Positions 39,247-48,282 of a DNA stretch of 64,000 nt are shown piece after piece. Location: positions 16,495-80,494 of IMG/VR virus record IMGVR_UViG_3300023283_000173; one strand, 5' to 3'. The translations under genes and the position numbers were made by a program. The DNA comes from a virus (Duplodnaviria > Caudoviricetes). Below the pieces are notes generated by a model, which saw only the letters and a program-made list of their open reading frames with translations, was not told the DNA's origin and ran no database searches. Numbering within the stretch: the stretch's first letter is position 1; each line of letters opens with the position of its first letter.

Positions 39247-39978
39247 TCACTTCCCCTGTATCTTCTTGATCACCGGCACCGGCGTCGAGACGTTCCCGAC
39301 CGCCGCGAGTATGGCGCCCACGGTACGCGCAGCATTGTCCGGTACAATTACGTCTAAGTGTGCGGACATGTGTCCGTCCTGGTGATACGCCATACACACC
39401 TTCTGTAGCTGCACTCTGTCTTCCTCGTCGACGTTCTCGGCCCTCACACTCAGCGCCGTGCCAGACACTCTCGCCGCTATCTTGGTCCCCCTGTCCGTCC
39501 AACCCACCACGAAGTAGCGACTGCCTGGACTCGATCCCTTGACTGGCTGGTAGAGCCTGGTCGCGTCCTTCAGCAGGACGGGGGTCATCGACGTCATCTC
39601 GTTCTCCGAAACCTCGCCGTGGTGCTCGACGCCATCGGGTACGGAGACGTCCGTTCCGGGGGTGATCTCTACGTCGACAACTGTCTTGGCCTGTTTCTGC
39701 TTCTTTAACCCGAACAAAGCATCGGCGACGATGTCCCTGAGTTTGTTGACCGTAGCGAGATTGCACGTCTTTAGTGCCCCCTTGGAGGCCCCGTCCTGCG
39801 TATTGTGCACCTCGAAGAACGCACCCTTCGGCACCTCCTTCGTCACAACGGCGGCGCCGGCCTCGAACACGAGCTTCTCGCCCGAGACGTCTCGCCAGAC
39901 CGTCAGGTCCTCGGACTCATAGGTGAGCTTTAACAACGAGAGTAACACCTTCTCGTCAACCTGTATCATCGCAGCCAT
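39247..39978 (-). CDS. Hypothetical protein
   Basis: ACCAAGGAGGGT RBS; 243 aa. Confidence 0.75.
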   Translation of the reverse strand: MAAMIQVDEKVLLSLLKLTYESEDLTVWRDVSGEKLVFEAGAAVVTKEVPKGAFFEVHNTQDGASKGALKTCNLATVNKLRDIVADALFGLKKQKQAKTVVDVEITPGTDVSVPDGVEHHGEVSENEMTSMTPVLLKDATRLYQPVKGSSPGSRYFVVGWTDRGTKIAARVSGTALSVRAENVDEEDRVQLQKVCMAYHQDGHMSAHLDVIVPDNAARTVGAILAAVGNVSTPVPVIKKIQGK

Positions 39979-39996
39979 ACGACCCTCCTTGGTCTC

Positions 39997-40641
39997 CTAG
40001 ACGTCGTGTACCTCGGATCCGACATCATCGTCGTCTACCCTACCGAAGATCGACCACCTCGTACCCTCGAGGTGCATCACCCGTCTCCCGCTCCCGGTAT
40101 CGAACGACGTGTAACTGCACGAATCCCCCCACTTCTTCTCCCTCGCCTCTACCCTCGTCACACCGTAGTACTCTACCAGGAAGTCTACCTGCTCCTTCGA
40201 CTCAACAGCCTTCTCACAGTAGTGCTCACGCACATACCCTATCGCGTCGATAGTACCACAGAGAGAGACCATGGCTGCCAGCACCGTACCCGTACGTCCG
40301 TGCCCCCCTATACACCCTACATGTACCTTCTTCCCGTCGAACACCTGCTCGACCAACCACTCAACCATGTCGCGGAAATCAGAGGGATTATCAGGCGCAC
40401 ATCTGTCACTGACGGGGAACAGGAACTCAGTACCGTTCCTCCACGGCCACGCCCGTCTACTCACCCGCATCGAGCAGTCCAGTCCAACGTAGACGTCAGC
40501 GTCAGTCACGACCGGGCTCGAGCACGAACCCCCGTAGACTACTGGTCCGTCGTCCCACAGAGCTATAGGTTGATGACCAGTGTAACACCTCTTGACCTTA
40601 CCAATCATGTCTGGTCCGTTCTTATGTCTCTTATACGACAT
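39997..40641 (-). CDS. Dual-specificity/protein tyrosine phosphatase-like
   Basis: VHVGCIGGHGRTG (CX5R), IGYVREHYCEKAVESKEQ. Confidence 0.85.
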   Translation of the reverse strand: MSYKRHKNGPDMIGKVKRCYTGHQPIALWDDGPVVYGGSCSSPVVTDADVYVGLDCSMRVSRRAWPWRNGTEFLFPVSDRCAPDNPSDFRDMVEWLVEQVFDGKKVHVGCIGGHGRTGTVLAAMVSLCGTIDAIGYVREHYCEKAVESKEQVDFLVEYYGVTRVEAREKKWGDSCSYTSFDTGSGRRVMHLEGTRWSIFGRVDDDDVGSEVHDV

Positions 40642-41581
40642 CTCGCTCGACCTTCTTCACTACCAGATCAGGCATGACCCAGAACGCGCTCTCGTCTTTG
40701 GTCGCCAACTGGTTAGCCTTATATGTGTCGTATGACATCAATGAACCAGCCTCCTCTACGAGAGACCAGTCTACGTAGTCTCCGACCAGATCTCGTACAT
40801 AGTCTTTCATAAAGTATGCAAGAGTACTTGTCTCTTTAGTCAAGAAGTGTACCCAACGACCCTCTACTATACCCTCGATCACCTGACCTGACCTCTGTAC
40901 ATCCAGTAACTCTATCAAATAGTTCGAGTACATATCGTAATGCATACCTTTATTGAATATAGGTCCGTTGTTGTGACACAGACTCCACACCGTATCCAAG
41001 AACATCTCCGGCGTGTAGCTCCCGTCCACGTAGCGAACGACGTTCCTCGCCACCTGTGCCCACGGCTCTCCACCGAACTGCTTACCGAACATACCCTCGC
41101 GAAACGCCAGGTCCACCGCTCTGAACGCGTCACCTACGGGTACGTACGCACAGGATAGGATGCCGTCTGGAGCTCCGCCGCCGGCCATCATGAACCTGAC
41201 GAAAGACGCCGCATCCAGAGAGGTCTCGTCTACTAGACGCTTCTCCAACTCTGGATCATCCTTACTGCCACAGTGACGCATCTCTCGCGTACAGATCACG
41301 ATGGAGTAGAGGAGAGCCCGTCCTACCGCCTTAGCTGTACGCCCCCTCCATGCAAGCAGGTGTCGGTACAGGTCGTCACGAACGACCTCGTGTTCGTGAT
41401 GCACCCTGTGCATGAGACCCAACGCCTGAACACCCACATAGAAGTCCAGCATGTCGGTCTCAGGTCTAGTCGAGTCACATAGTGACATGGTTAATCTGTT
41501 GTATATCTGATTTACAGACACGTGAGATACGTCTCGTGGAGAGAATAACGGAGACTTTCGTATCTCAGCTATGCAAGTCAA
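40631..41581 (-). CDS. Hypothetical protein, lower GC
   Basis: Own promoter and RBS before TTG 41581; REMRH, GGEPW, HNNGPIFNKG. Confidence 0.75.
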   Translation of the reverse strand: MTCIAEIRKSPLFSPRDVSHVSVNQIYNRLTMSLCDSTRPETDMLDFYVGVQALGLMHRVHHEHEVVRDDLYRHLLAWRGRTAKAVGRALLYSIVICTREMRHCGSKDDPELEKRLVDETSLDAASFVRFMMAGGGAPDGILSCAYVPVGDAFRAVDLAFREGMFGKQFGGEPWAQVARNVVRYVDGSYTPEMFLDTVWSLCHNNGPIFNKGMHYDMYSNYLIELLDVQRSGQVIEGIVEGRWVHFLTKETSTLAYFMKDYVRDLVGDYVDWSLVEEAGSLMSYDTYKANQLATKDESAFWVMPDLVVKKVERDVV

Positions 41582-41607
41582 GTGTACCCTCCTTGGTCTC
41601 ACCTAGT

Positions 41608-41636
41608 ATACTAGTCCTATACACACTATCAGTCAA
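41608..41636 (-). promoter_or_regulatory. Sigma70-like promoter
   Basis: TTGACT-17-TAGTAT; -10 lies in palindrome CTAGTATACTAG. Confidence 0.7.
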
Positions 41637-41639
41637 TAT

Positions 41640-42155
41640 TTAATGCCTAGTCCACTCTCCGATAGTCATACCTACACGTCTAGCCAGTACCAACAACCAC
41701 GTCGGACACCTACGCACCAACTCCTCCTGCTCGGTCGTCTCGACGGCGCCCTCATAATACGCGGACCGAAGCACCTTTACTACGTCACCTCTAACCCCGC
41801 TCGCCTTCAGGACGAGAGCCATGATCGTACCCGTCCGCCCCTGTCCGAAGTGACAGCCAACACCCACCGTACCAGCCCTCACTCCCTCTGCGTAGACAAA
41901 TACGACCGACCTCAGTACCTGCCATAGCGTGGGTACACCGAAGTCTCGGACACCCACGTACAGGTCTCCGGACGCGACGAAGCCCTCTCGCAGGCACAGT
42001 GTGCGTACGAGTGGGTACTGAATACATACCTTGTCGTACGCACCTCCGACCATGACGAACAGGCCGGACCTGCCGTGAGATACTAAGACACCCACCGGGT
42101 CCAGGCCCACGGTACGGTGTGTCGACGTGTCGCGTGAGAGATCAACGGCGGTCAT
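41640..42155 (-). CDS. Second CX5R phosphatase-like protein
   Basis: VGVGCHFGQGRTG, LRSAYYEGAVETTEQ. Confidence 0.8.
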   Translation of the reverse strand: MTAVDLSRDTSTHRTVGLDPVGVLVSHGRSGLFVMVGGAYDKVCIQYPLVRTLCLREGFVASGDLYVGVRDFGVPTLWQVLRSVVFVYAEGVRAGTVGVGCHFGQGRTGTIMALVLKASGVRGDVVKVLRSAYYEGAVETTEQEELVRRCPTWLLVLARRVGMTIGEWTRH

Positions 42156-42377
42156 CTACGTCTCCATCTTGAACACAGACAATACCCTGCCGTCCTCGAC
42201 CCACATCAGGAAGTCCTCGAACCTACGGTTGGCGAACTCGTGTGTGACCGGTGCCGAACGTCTAGCCATACGTCTTATGCGTGCCGCCACATCACCCCCC
42301 ATACCGAGGGCGCGAGCGTCCTGAACGGCCCCTCTCGTAGGCTCGTACTTACGAAAATCCTCGTGACTACTCTCCAC
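42156..42377 (-). CDS. Small hypothetical protein
   Basis: Packing; SAPVTHEFANRRF. Confidence 0.6.
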   Translation of the reverse strand: MESSHEDFRKYEPTRGAVQDARALGMGGDVAARIRRMARRSAPVTHEFANRRFEDFLMWVEDGRVLSVFKMET

Positions 42378-42639
42378 GCGCCCTGTCTCCTCGTATGATC
42401 TCCAACGACCGCGGCGCGTCGATGACCAGCCTCACGTAAGCCGGTGAGCTACGACTCCCCACGGACAGAAACACGTCCGGAAGGACTTCGGTAGCCAGGT
42501 CCTCGGTGATCTCGAACCTCTCGCCGTCCTCCCTAACCACGATGCACCCCGCCGGTTTACTGACTATATCGCATACTACCAACACGGCGTCGCCGACATA
42601 CAGGTCTTCTCCCTCGTGCATCGTAAGGACTAGTGCCAC
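42367..42639 (-). CDS. CsrA/RsmA-like protein with internal insertion
   Basis: MALVLTMHEGEDLYVGD at N-terminus and VRLVIDAPRSLEIIR at C-terminus match CsrA beta strands. Confidence 0.6.
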   Translation of the reverse strand: MALVLTMHEGEDLYVGDAVLVVCDIVSKPAGCIVVREDGERFEITEDLATEVLPDVFLSVGSRSSPAYVRLVIDAPRSLEIIRGDRARGE

Positions 42640-44729
42640 TCCGTCTCTCCTGCCTCTAGGTACCCCAGCAGCAACTGGCCTGGGACGAACAGCTCACCGA
42701 CCGGACACACAGACAAGGACTGCTCCTCTGCCTTACTCAGTACGACGTCCATGATCTCTCTACCCCCGAACAGTTCGTCCGCAACGTCGTCTCGTACCAT
42801 GAACGGAACACCCGATAGCACCTCCCTCAGGTTCTTCGCCTCTCTCAGGTTCTTGAACCCAGCATACTGACTGGTAGTATGCGCCACCAGCCTGTGCTGA
42901 TACCCGGATAAGTCGTGCTGCATCATCCGCGACAAGACGTCCTCACACCAGTCCTGAAACGACGACTCCGTATACGGCTCCACAAGGTACGTCATCTCTC
43001 CCGGCAGCACGTACCGCTCTCGAGAGCAGTCTACGACCAATACAGACGGACCGCACTCTACCATAGCACCAACTACCATCTCCACGACCTCGTCAGGTGT
43101 CGTACCGAGTCCGTACAGTAACTCCATCTTCACCCAGTAGGGACACCCCGACACCGGTTCGTCGAACCCGGCACCCACGACACGCCGTGCAGTCAACTGC
43201 AGTGCTGTGTCGAGACCCGGCGGGTCACCGTCCTCCACAGGTACGTCCTCATCAACCCACACCGAGCCGCTCTCGCCGCACACCGTCAGTATGGTGTCTG
43301 CCGTCAGCGGTACCCCATTCAGGTACACAGCTCCTGCCTCATTGAAGCTCAGGTCGTTACACCCTACCACGCAGGGGACCCCCATCGCCCGCGTCACCAC
43401 GGCGGCGTGGCTCGTCGACCCTCCGTTACGAGTCACCACCGCGGCCGCCTTGCGAATTGCCTCGACGTCCTCCGGCGAGGTGTCGTGTACGACCAGCACC
43501 TTGTCCTCCGTATCCTCGTCTCGAGAGTAGGCGGCCCTTCCCGACCCCACGCCCGGTGTCACTGCGATACCCTTGCCCGTCGGCTCGACGTCGTACCCCT
43601 CGCGCACTCTCGGTCGAGTAGCGGTCTTGTAGTGCTCCGGCCTGACCATCCTGACCAGGTCGTCGCCGCCCACCATACCCCCGTCTACCATATCGGAGAA
43701 GATGCGGAACGCCGCCTTACCGGTCCTCTTGCCGGGACGAGCCTGTAGGACGTAGAGCACGCCCTCCTCGACGGTGAACTCCACGTCCACCATGTCGCGG
43801 TACTCGTCCTCGAGGACCGCCGAGACGGTCGTCAGCTCGTCGTAGACCCTCTTCCACACAGGTCCGAAGTCACCGTTCTCCGCCAGTCTCAGGTCGTGGG
43901 GGGTCACCCTACCGGACACGAGGTCCTCCCCCTGAGCGTCAGGCAGAAACTCTCCGTAGATCCCTCTATCGCCGGTTCGCGGGTCTCGCGTAAACAGCAC
44001 ACCGGTGCCGCTGTCCGGACCTCGGTTACCGAACACCATCTGTTGCACGACCACGGCCGTGTACATGTCATCAGACAAGCAGTCGGCTCTCCGGTAGGCG
44101 ACGGCCCGTTCGGATGACCAGCTCCTGAACACCGCCGTGATAGCCTCGTACAGTTGTTCCTCCACCGTGTCAGGCCACTCCCTGCCCGTGTACTTCTCGA
44201 GGGTGTCCACTAACCTTTGTACACGGTCCAGGTCGTCGAGCAACTCATCGTGCAACAGCACGTCCCACATGTTCGTGAGCGTCGTCTCCGATACACCCCA
44301 CGCGGACGTCGCGAGCGACCACACCAGGTTCCGTAAACACCGAACAGCGGTAGCGTCTCCGACGTCCTCCTCGACGTCCCGGTAGGTCTCGGACGTGACG
44401 CCTACGTTCAACACCGTGTCCATCATGCCCGGCATGGAGACGGGAGCACCTGACCGTACCGACACCAGCTTCCCGTCGAAGCCGCCTGACTCGCACGGAA
44501 ACATGGCGGACACTACTTCGCCCACGAGGCTCTTCACGAACTCGTGACGTCCGTCTTCGTCCTCGTAGTACCTGTGACACGCCGAGGTCGGGACGACCAC
44601 CCCGGGCGGTATCCTGAGATACTCCTGCTCTATACGAGACATACGGACGAGACCTGCGCCCTTACCCCCCAGCAGCTCAGGGTCGGGCTCGACGCTCGGT
44701 ACGACGTCACCAAACCTCACGATGTCCAT
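42630..44729 (-). CDS. PPDK-family dikinase: ATP-grasp and phosphohistidine domains plus a non-canonical C-terminal domain
   Basis: LLGGKGAGL, LVSVRSGAPVSMPGMMDTVLNVG, QQMVFGN..SGTGVLFTRDP, QGEDLVSG, DVEFTVE, LQARPGKRT, GGSTSHAAVV (His 43407-43409). Confidence 0.9.
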   Translation of the reverse strand: MDIVRFGDVVPSVEPDPELLGGKGAGLVRMSRIEQEYLRIPPGVVVPTSACHRYYEDEDGRHEFVKSLVGEVVSAMFPCESGGFDGKLVSVRSGAPVSMPGMMDTVLNVGVTSETYRDVEEDVGDATAVRCLRNLVWSLATSAWGVSETTLTNMWDVLLHDELLDDLDRVQRLVDTLEKYTGREWPDTVEEQLYEAITAVFRSWSSERAVAYRRADCLSDDMYTAVVVQQMVFGNRGPDSGTGVLFTRDPRTGDRGIYGEFLPDAQGEDLVSGRVTPHDLRLAENGDFGPVWKRVYDELTTVSAVLEDEYRDMVDVEFTVEEGVLYVLQARPGKRTGKAAFRIFSDMVDGGMVGGDDLVRMVRPEHYKTATRPRVREGYDVEPTGKGIAVTPGVGSGRAAYSRDEDTEDKVLVVHDTSPEDVEAIRKAAAVVTRNGGSTSHAAVVTRAMGVPCVVGCNDLSFNEAGAVYLNGVPLTADTILTVCGESGSVWVDEDVPVEDGDPPGLDTALQLTARRVVGAGFDEPVSGCPYWVKMELLYGLGTTPDEVVEMVVGAMVECGPSVLVVDCSRERYVLPGEMTYLVEPYTESSFQDWCEDVLSRMMQHDLSGYQHRLVAHTTSQYAGFKNLREAKNLREVLSGVPFMVRDDVADELFGGREIMDVVLSKAEEQSLSVCPVGELFVPGQLLLGYLEAGETEWH
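43188..43201 (-). promoter_or_regulatory. 14-bp element, copy 6 of 8
   Basis: Exact match inside the PPDK-like gene near the start of the novel C-terminal domain. Confidence 0.75.
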
Positions 44730-44754
44730 GTAACCCTCCTTGGTCTCACCTAGT

Positions 44755-44783
44755 ATACTAGTCGTTATGTGTCGAAATTACAA
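44755..44783 (-). promoter_or_regulatory. Sigma70-like promoter
   Basis: TTGTAA-17-TAGTAT; 31-bp leader identical to 41586-41616. Confidence 0.7.
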
Positions 44784-45222
44784 GTATTTTTCGATACAAC
44801 TCGAGACCCTGCAGCAGCCTCACCGCCTCCCCTGATCGCGCCACCACGCGTCTACTGTCTACGTCTCCGTCCTCCCCTGCCTCGTCCCACAGGGCCAGTG
44901 ACGACAAAACGGCGGTGCTGTGTACGTCATGCCACAGGCCCTCGTCTACCAGACGCAGGACCAGGTGTGCAACGGTCAGGAGTGTCTCTCGTCCCTCTCC
45001 ACCCCCCACACGAGACAAGACGTACTCGACCAGTCTATACACGAGCGATACGACCCTGGCCGAGTCCTTGTGAGAGCGTACACCGCGCACGATCTCCTTC
45101 TTCAGGTTATCTACAAGGTCCTCGCGCAGCACGTAACCGTCTGTACGCGCCAAGTCCGAGGCCCTGAGCACAGCCATGGCCGGGAAGACAGCTTCCACCA
45201 CGTCTCGATCAGACACTCTCAC
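44758..45222 (-). CDS. Hypothetical helical protein
   Basis: GTGA overlap; 154 aa. Confidence 0.65.
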   Translation of the reverse strand: MRVSDRDVVEAVFPAMAVLRASDLARTDGYVLREDLVDNLKKEIVRGVRSHKDSARVVSLVYRLVEYVLSRVGGGEGRETLLTVAHLVLRLVDEGLWHDVHSTAVLSSLALWDEAGEDGDVDSRRVVARSGEAVRLLQGLELYRKILVISTHND

Positions 45223-45373
45223 CTCCCAGTGACTGAACCTCGTCCTTTACCCTGTCGTCCGTCTCGTCGACCGAAACACCCTCGTCATCGTACTCATAGT
45301 CGTAGCCGTGCCCGTCCAGCCAATCCACGAACTGCGACAACCCAACGTCGGACCCGAAGACGTACCTAGGCAA
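45209..45373 (-). CDS. Small acidic protein
   Basis: TTG start overlapping the terL stop; MPRYVFGSDVGLSQFVDWLDGHGYDYEY. Confidence 0.55.
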   Translation of the reverse strand: MPRYVFGSDVGLSQFVDWLDGHGYDYEYDDEGVSVDETDDRVKDEVQSLGGESV

Positions 45374-47675
45374 CTCGGTCCTCCCTCTGTACCTGCTCCA
45401 GTATAGATGCAGGCATATGCTCGAGCCCGACCTCGTGCCGGAGCCACACCTCGCGCTGACGCACGAGACCGAACGCCACCCCCGCCATAGCATCGGCAAC
45501 GTCCTTACTGAAGTTAGGGGGGTGATCGATCTTGTTCCGCTTGAAGTCCCTCTCCAACGAGACGATCTCCTTCTCGGCCTTGGCGTGAGGCGGAGCCTGC
45601 ACGCGCCGGTCATAAAGAGCCTGCTTCAGCACGTCATACGGCTGGGTCGTCGCGTCCACGCTCTGCACCCCCGTCGAGAACCCCTTCTGACTGAGGATCT
45701 GGAGTGAGTCCCTCGACTGCCACGAGTCGTAAGTCACCCACTTCACCGGGCACCCCAGGTCGCACAGCGCGTACAGTAGCTCCCTGATCTTCTCGAACGA
45801 CACCTCTCCTCCCCGCGGCGGCCGCACTTCAAGCAACACATCGTACTCGACCACCGGCAGAGTCTCCACCTCCTGACCGCGCCGCACGTGTACGAACCCG
45901 GGTACGTGGCCCACGGCGACCCCGGCCGAGTCAGAGCTCAGGCCCAGGTCCACGTGAGCGAAGCGTGGCTCGGACAGGTGACGCATCCGCTTCGGGTATA
46001 TCTGGACCTTCGTACCTCGGAAGTCACACCACTCCCGACTCAGTATCCTAGGCGATGTCCCAAAGCACGCAGCGACTGACTCCCTGTCCTGGATGAACGG
46101 GTGCACCGCCAGTGTAGAGACGCCCCCGATATCCCGCAGGGCCGCCATGAGGTCTTCCTCGAAGGCATGCCTGTAGTCCGTCGGTATGCGCTCGCACATG
46201 TCCCTGTCGTCTTCCGCGAGTTCCTCGTACTCGTCGTCCTCGAGTATCCGAGGTCTCCTGGACTCGTCCCCGCGGAACACCCAGAACCACCTCTCGGAGA
46301 ACGTACCCTCCGGCTTCACCTCCCAGAGCTTCTTGTCGAACACGAATATCTTATCGTTGCGCCGGGCCTCCTCGATCTTCTTGTCGGTGAACTCCCCGGG
46401 ATACTTCTTCGACGACACCAGGCAGAGCATCCCCGGTACGGTACCTCTCCGCATGAAGCGAGACTCACGACGACGCGAGATCGACCTGTAGAGCGCCAGT
46501 GCCTGGTCGTAGAAGCCATTCTCATCGCCGGCCTTAGACCGCTCGACCACGGCCATGTAGTTGCAGTTGTGCACGACTACGCCGTTGGCGACGTAGGTAT
46601 GCGTACGCCGCGTCTCTATATTGTACACCTGCCTATGACCTAATTTTCTGACGAAAACAACTCGTGCTCGATCAAGACCGTGAACACCCGACTCCCCTCC
46701 TCGGCGAACCTCCTCGCAGCCTCTTAGGCCCCCGGATCTTTCGGTGCCGGCACAATGAACCTCTTGTCCTACTCGTAGGTCTCCCAGACCTACCCAACCC
46801 GTGCTCGTCAGTAACGGGTGACTGGCAGTACCTACGAGACGAGACCCGTTATCGAACTCTACCTCCAATACATCTTTGAGTCCCGTGTATCTACTCGCCT
46901 CGACACGATCACGAACTACCTGTCCGTCCTCTACGCCGTATACAGCGTCTCCGGCGACCAAGGAATCGATCCTCACCGGTCCCGCGGGGGTGGACACGAG
47001 CGAGTCACCCACCAGGCACTCGTCCATGACGCCCCCGAACACGTTCTTCCCTATAGCAGCACTAGGGTCGCCACTAAGAGGCTCCACTATGATTCTGCGC
47101 GGGAACTCCATACGAGACTCTAGACTGCGGTTGTACGGAAAATCCCGGCGGAAGAACGGCGAGTTGTCGATCATCGCCCGAAAACGGTCGTAGTCGACGG
47201 ACTTGGACAGCTCCTTCTTCAGGTTCTGGAACACGAACTCGATCTCCGAGCTCGGCTGCAGGTCAAAGAACCCGTGCGGGTCGTCCATGCAGGCCAGCTC
47301 ATACAGCGAGTACGCGGTGGCCAGCAGGGCCAGCGTCGTTTTTCCACTTCCGATACTGCCCGTCAGGACGGCCTCGACGTAATTGCCGAGACACAGCTCC
47401 TCCAGACTTTCCATGACGACAGGGTAGACCTCCCCCGTCATCGCCATCAGGTCGGTCGACTCGACGAAGGTCCGAGGGTCGACCGGCAACTCCCGATACC
47501 TTATGGACGACCTGGCCCTGCGTCGTAGTTGTACTATCGCGCCGCGCAGGTACTCCAGCCTGTCGTCGGAATCGGACACGGTCTTCGAGTACGCCCACAC
47601 GACCCTCCCCGATCTGCCCATCCCAGAGAGTATCCTGCAGGCGGCCACCAGGGGGTGACAGACGTCACCCGTCAT
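45366..47675 (-). CDS. terL: Terminase large subunit (intein-containing)
   Basis: Walker A TGSIGSGKT, Walker B GGVMDE, nuclease HVDLG..SD.AG, SKDVADAMAG. Confidence 0.9.
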   Translation of the reverse strand: MTGDVCHPLVAACRILSGMGRSGRVVWAYSKTVSDSDDRLEYLRGAIVQLRRRARSSIRYRELPVDPRTFVESTDLMAMTGEVYPVVMESLEELCLGNYVEAVLTGSIGSGKTTLALLATAYSLYELACMDDPHGFFDLQPSSEIEFVFQNLKKELSKSVDYDRFRAMIDNSPFFRRDFPYNRSLESRMEFPRRIIVEPLSGDPSAAIGKNVFGGVMDECLVGDSLVSTPAGPVRIDSLVAGDAVYGVEDGQVVRDRVEASRYTGLKDVLEVEFDNGSRLVGTASHPLLTSTGWVGLGDLRVGQEVHCAGTERSGGLRGCEEVRRGGESGVHGLDRARVVFVRKLGHRQVYNIETRRTHTYVANGVVVHNCNYMAVVERSKAGDENGFYDQALALYRSISRRRESRFMRRGTVPGMLCLVSSKKYPGEFTDKKIEEARRNDKIFVFDKKLWEVKPEGTFSERWFWVFRGDESRRPRILEDDEYEELAEDDRDMCERIPTDYRHAFEEDLMAALRDIGGVSTLAVHPFIQDRESVAACFGTSPRILSREWCDFRGTKVQIYPKRMRHLSEPRFAHVDLGLSSDSAGVAVGHVPGFVHVRRGQEVETLPVVEYDVLLEVRPPRGGEVSFEKIRELLYALCDLGCPVKWVTYDSWQSRDSLQILSQKGFSTGVQSVDATTQPYDVLKQALYDRRVQAPPHAKAEKEIVSLERDFKRNKIDHPPNFSKDVADAMAGVAFGLVRQREVWLRHEVGLEHMPASILEQVQREDRVA
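46566..47018 (-). mobile_element. 151-aa mini-intein in TerL without a homing endonuclease
   Basis: CLVGDSLVST N-block, TASHPLLT B-block, VYNIET...YVANGVVVHN/C C-block; inserted right after the Walker B DE. Confidence 0.93.
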
Positions 47676-48282
47676 CGACCGTCTCACCCTCTATCACGCG
47701 GTAGAGCTCCTCCTGCTCCTCCGTCCAGTCGAAGTGAGTCTCCCGTCCGTCCGGACCGACCAGGGTCCCGGTCATGTGCTTCGGAGCCCGCGACATGATG
47801 CCTGTCTCCAGTTGCAGCCTGCCCAGCTCGACGAGCAGGTCCTTCAGGAAGCGCATCTCTTCCGTCACCATCTTGAGGAGCATACCTTGTGGACGCCCGG
47901 TCTTCCGCTCGTTCCTGGCGACGGCCTCGACGCGCTCCTTCTGCTCTACGACGAGTCTCTCTACCTCGTCTATCACGTTCAGGTTCTGCACGACGTGCGT
48001 CGTGGCCCGCTGTCTGTTCACTGCCAGGGCGCGCTCCGTGATCTCCTCGACCGTTCTCTTCCTAACGACGTTCCTGACGTACCGGAGCAGGTACCTGTGC
48101 AGGGTAGTTCTATTGACGCCCTGGACGAGGCCCCACTCCTCGTGGATCTTCTTGGCTACCTTGAGTGCGCTCACCCCGTCGCGCAGCAGTGCGTCGACCT
48201 CGTTCAGTTTATTCGGAGGCAACTCCAGGAGTTTGGACGGTATACCCTTGGCCACAGACCTACTCCGAGTCTGTCTCGGCAT
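47665..48282 (-). CDS. Terminase small subunit
   Basis: N-terminal HTH, coiled coil, overlaps terL start. Confidence 0.7.
   Translation of the reverse strand: MPRQTRSRSVAKGIPSKLLELPPNKLNEVDALLRDGVSALKVAKKIHEEWGLVQGVNRTTLHRYLLRYVRNVVRKRTVEEITERALAVNRQRATTHVVQNLNVIDEVERLVVEQKERVEAVARNERKTGRPQGMLLKMVTEEMRFLKDLLVELGRLQLETGIMSRAPKHMTGTLVGPDGRETHFDWTEEQEELYRVIEGETVDDG

Noticed and set aside
42630-44729. Ordinary PPDK auxiliary metabolic gene
   Set aside because: The PEP/pyruvate-binding domain is not recognisable and the protein is too short.
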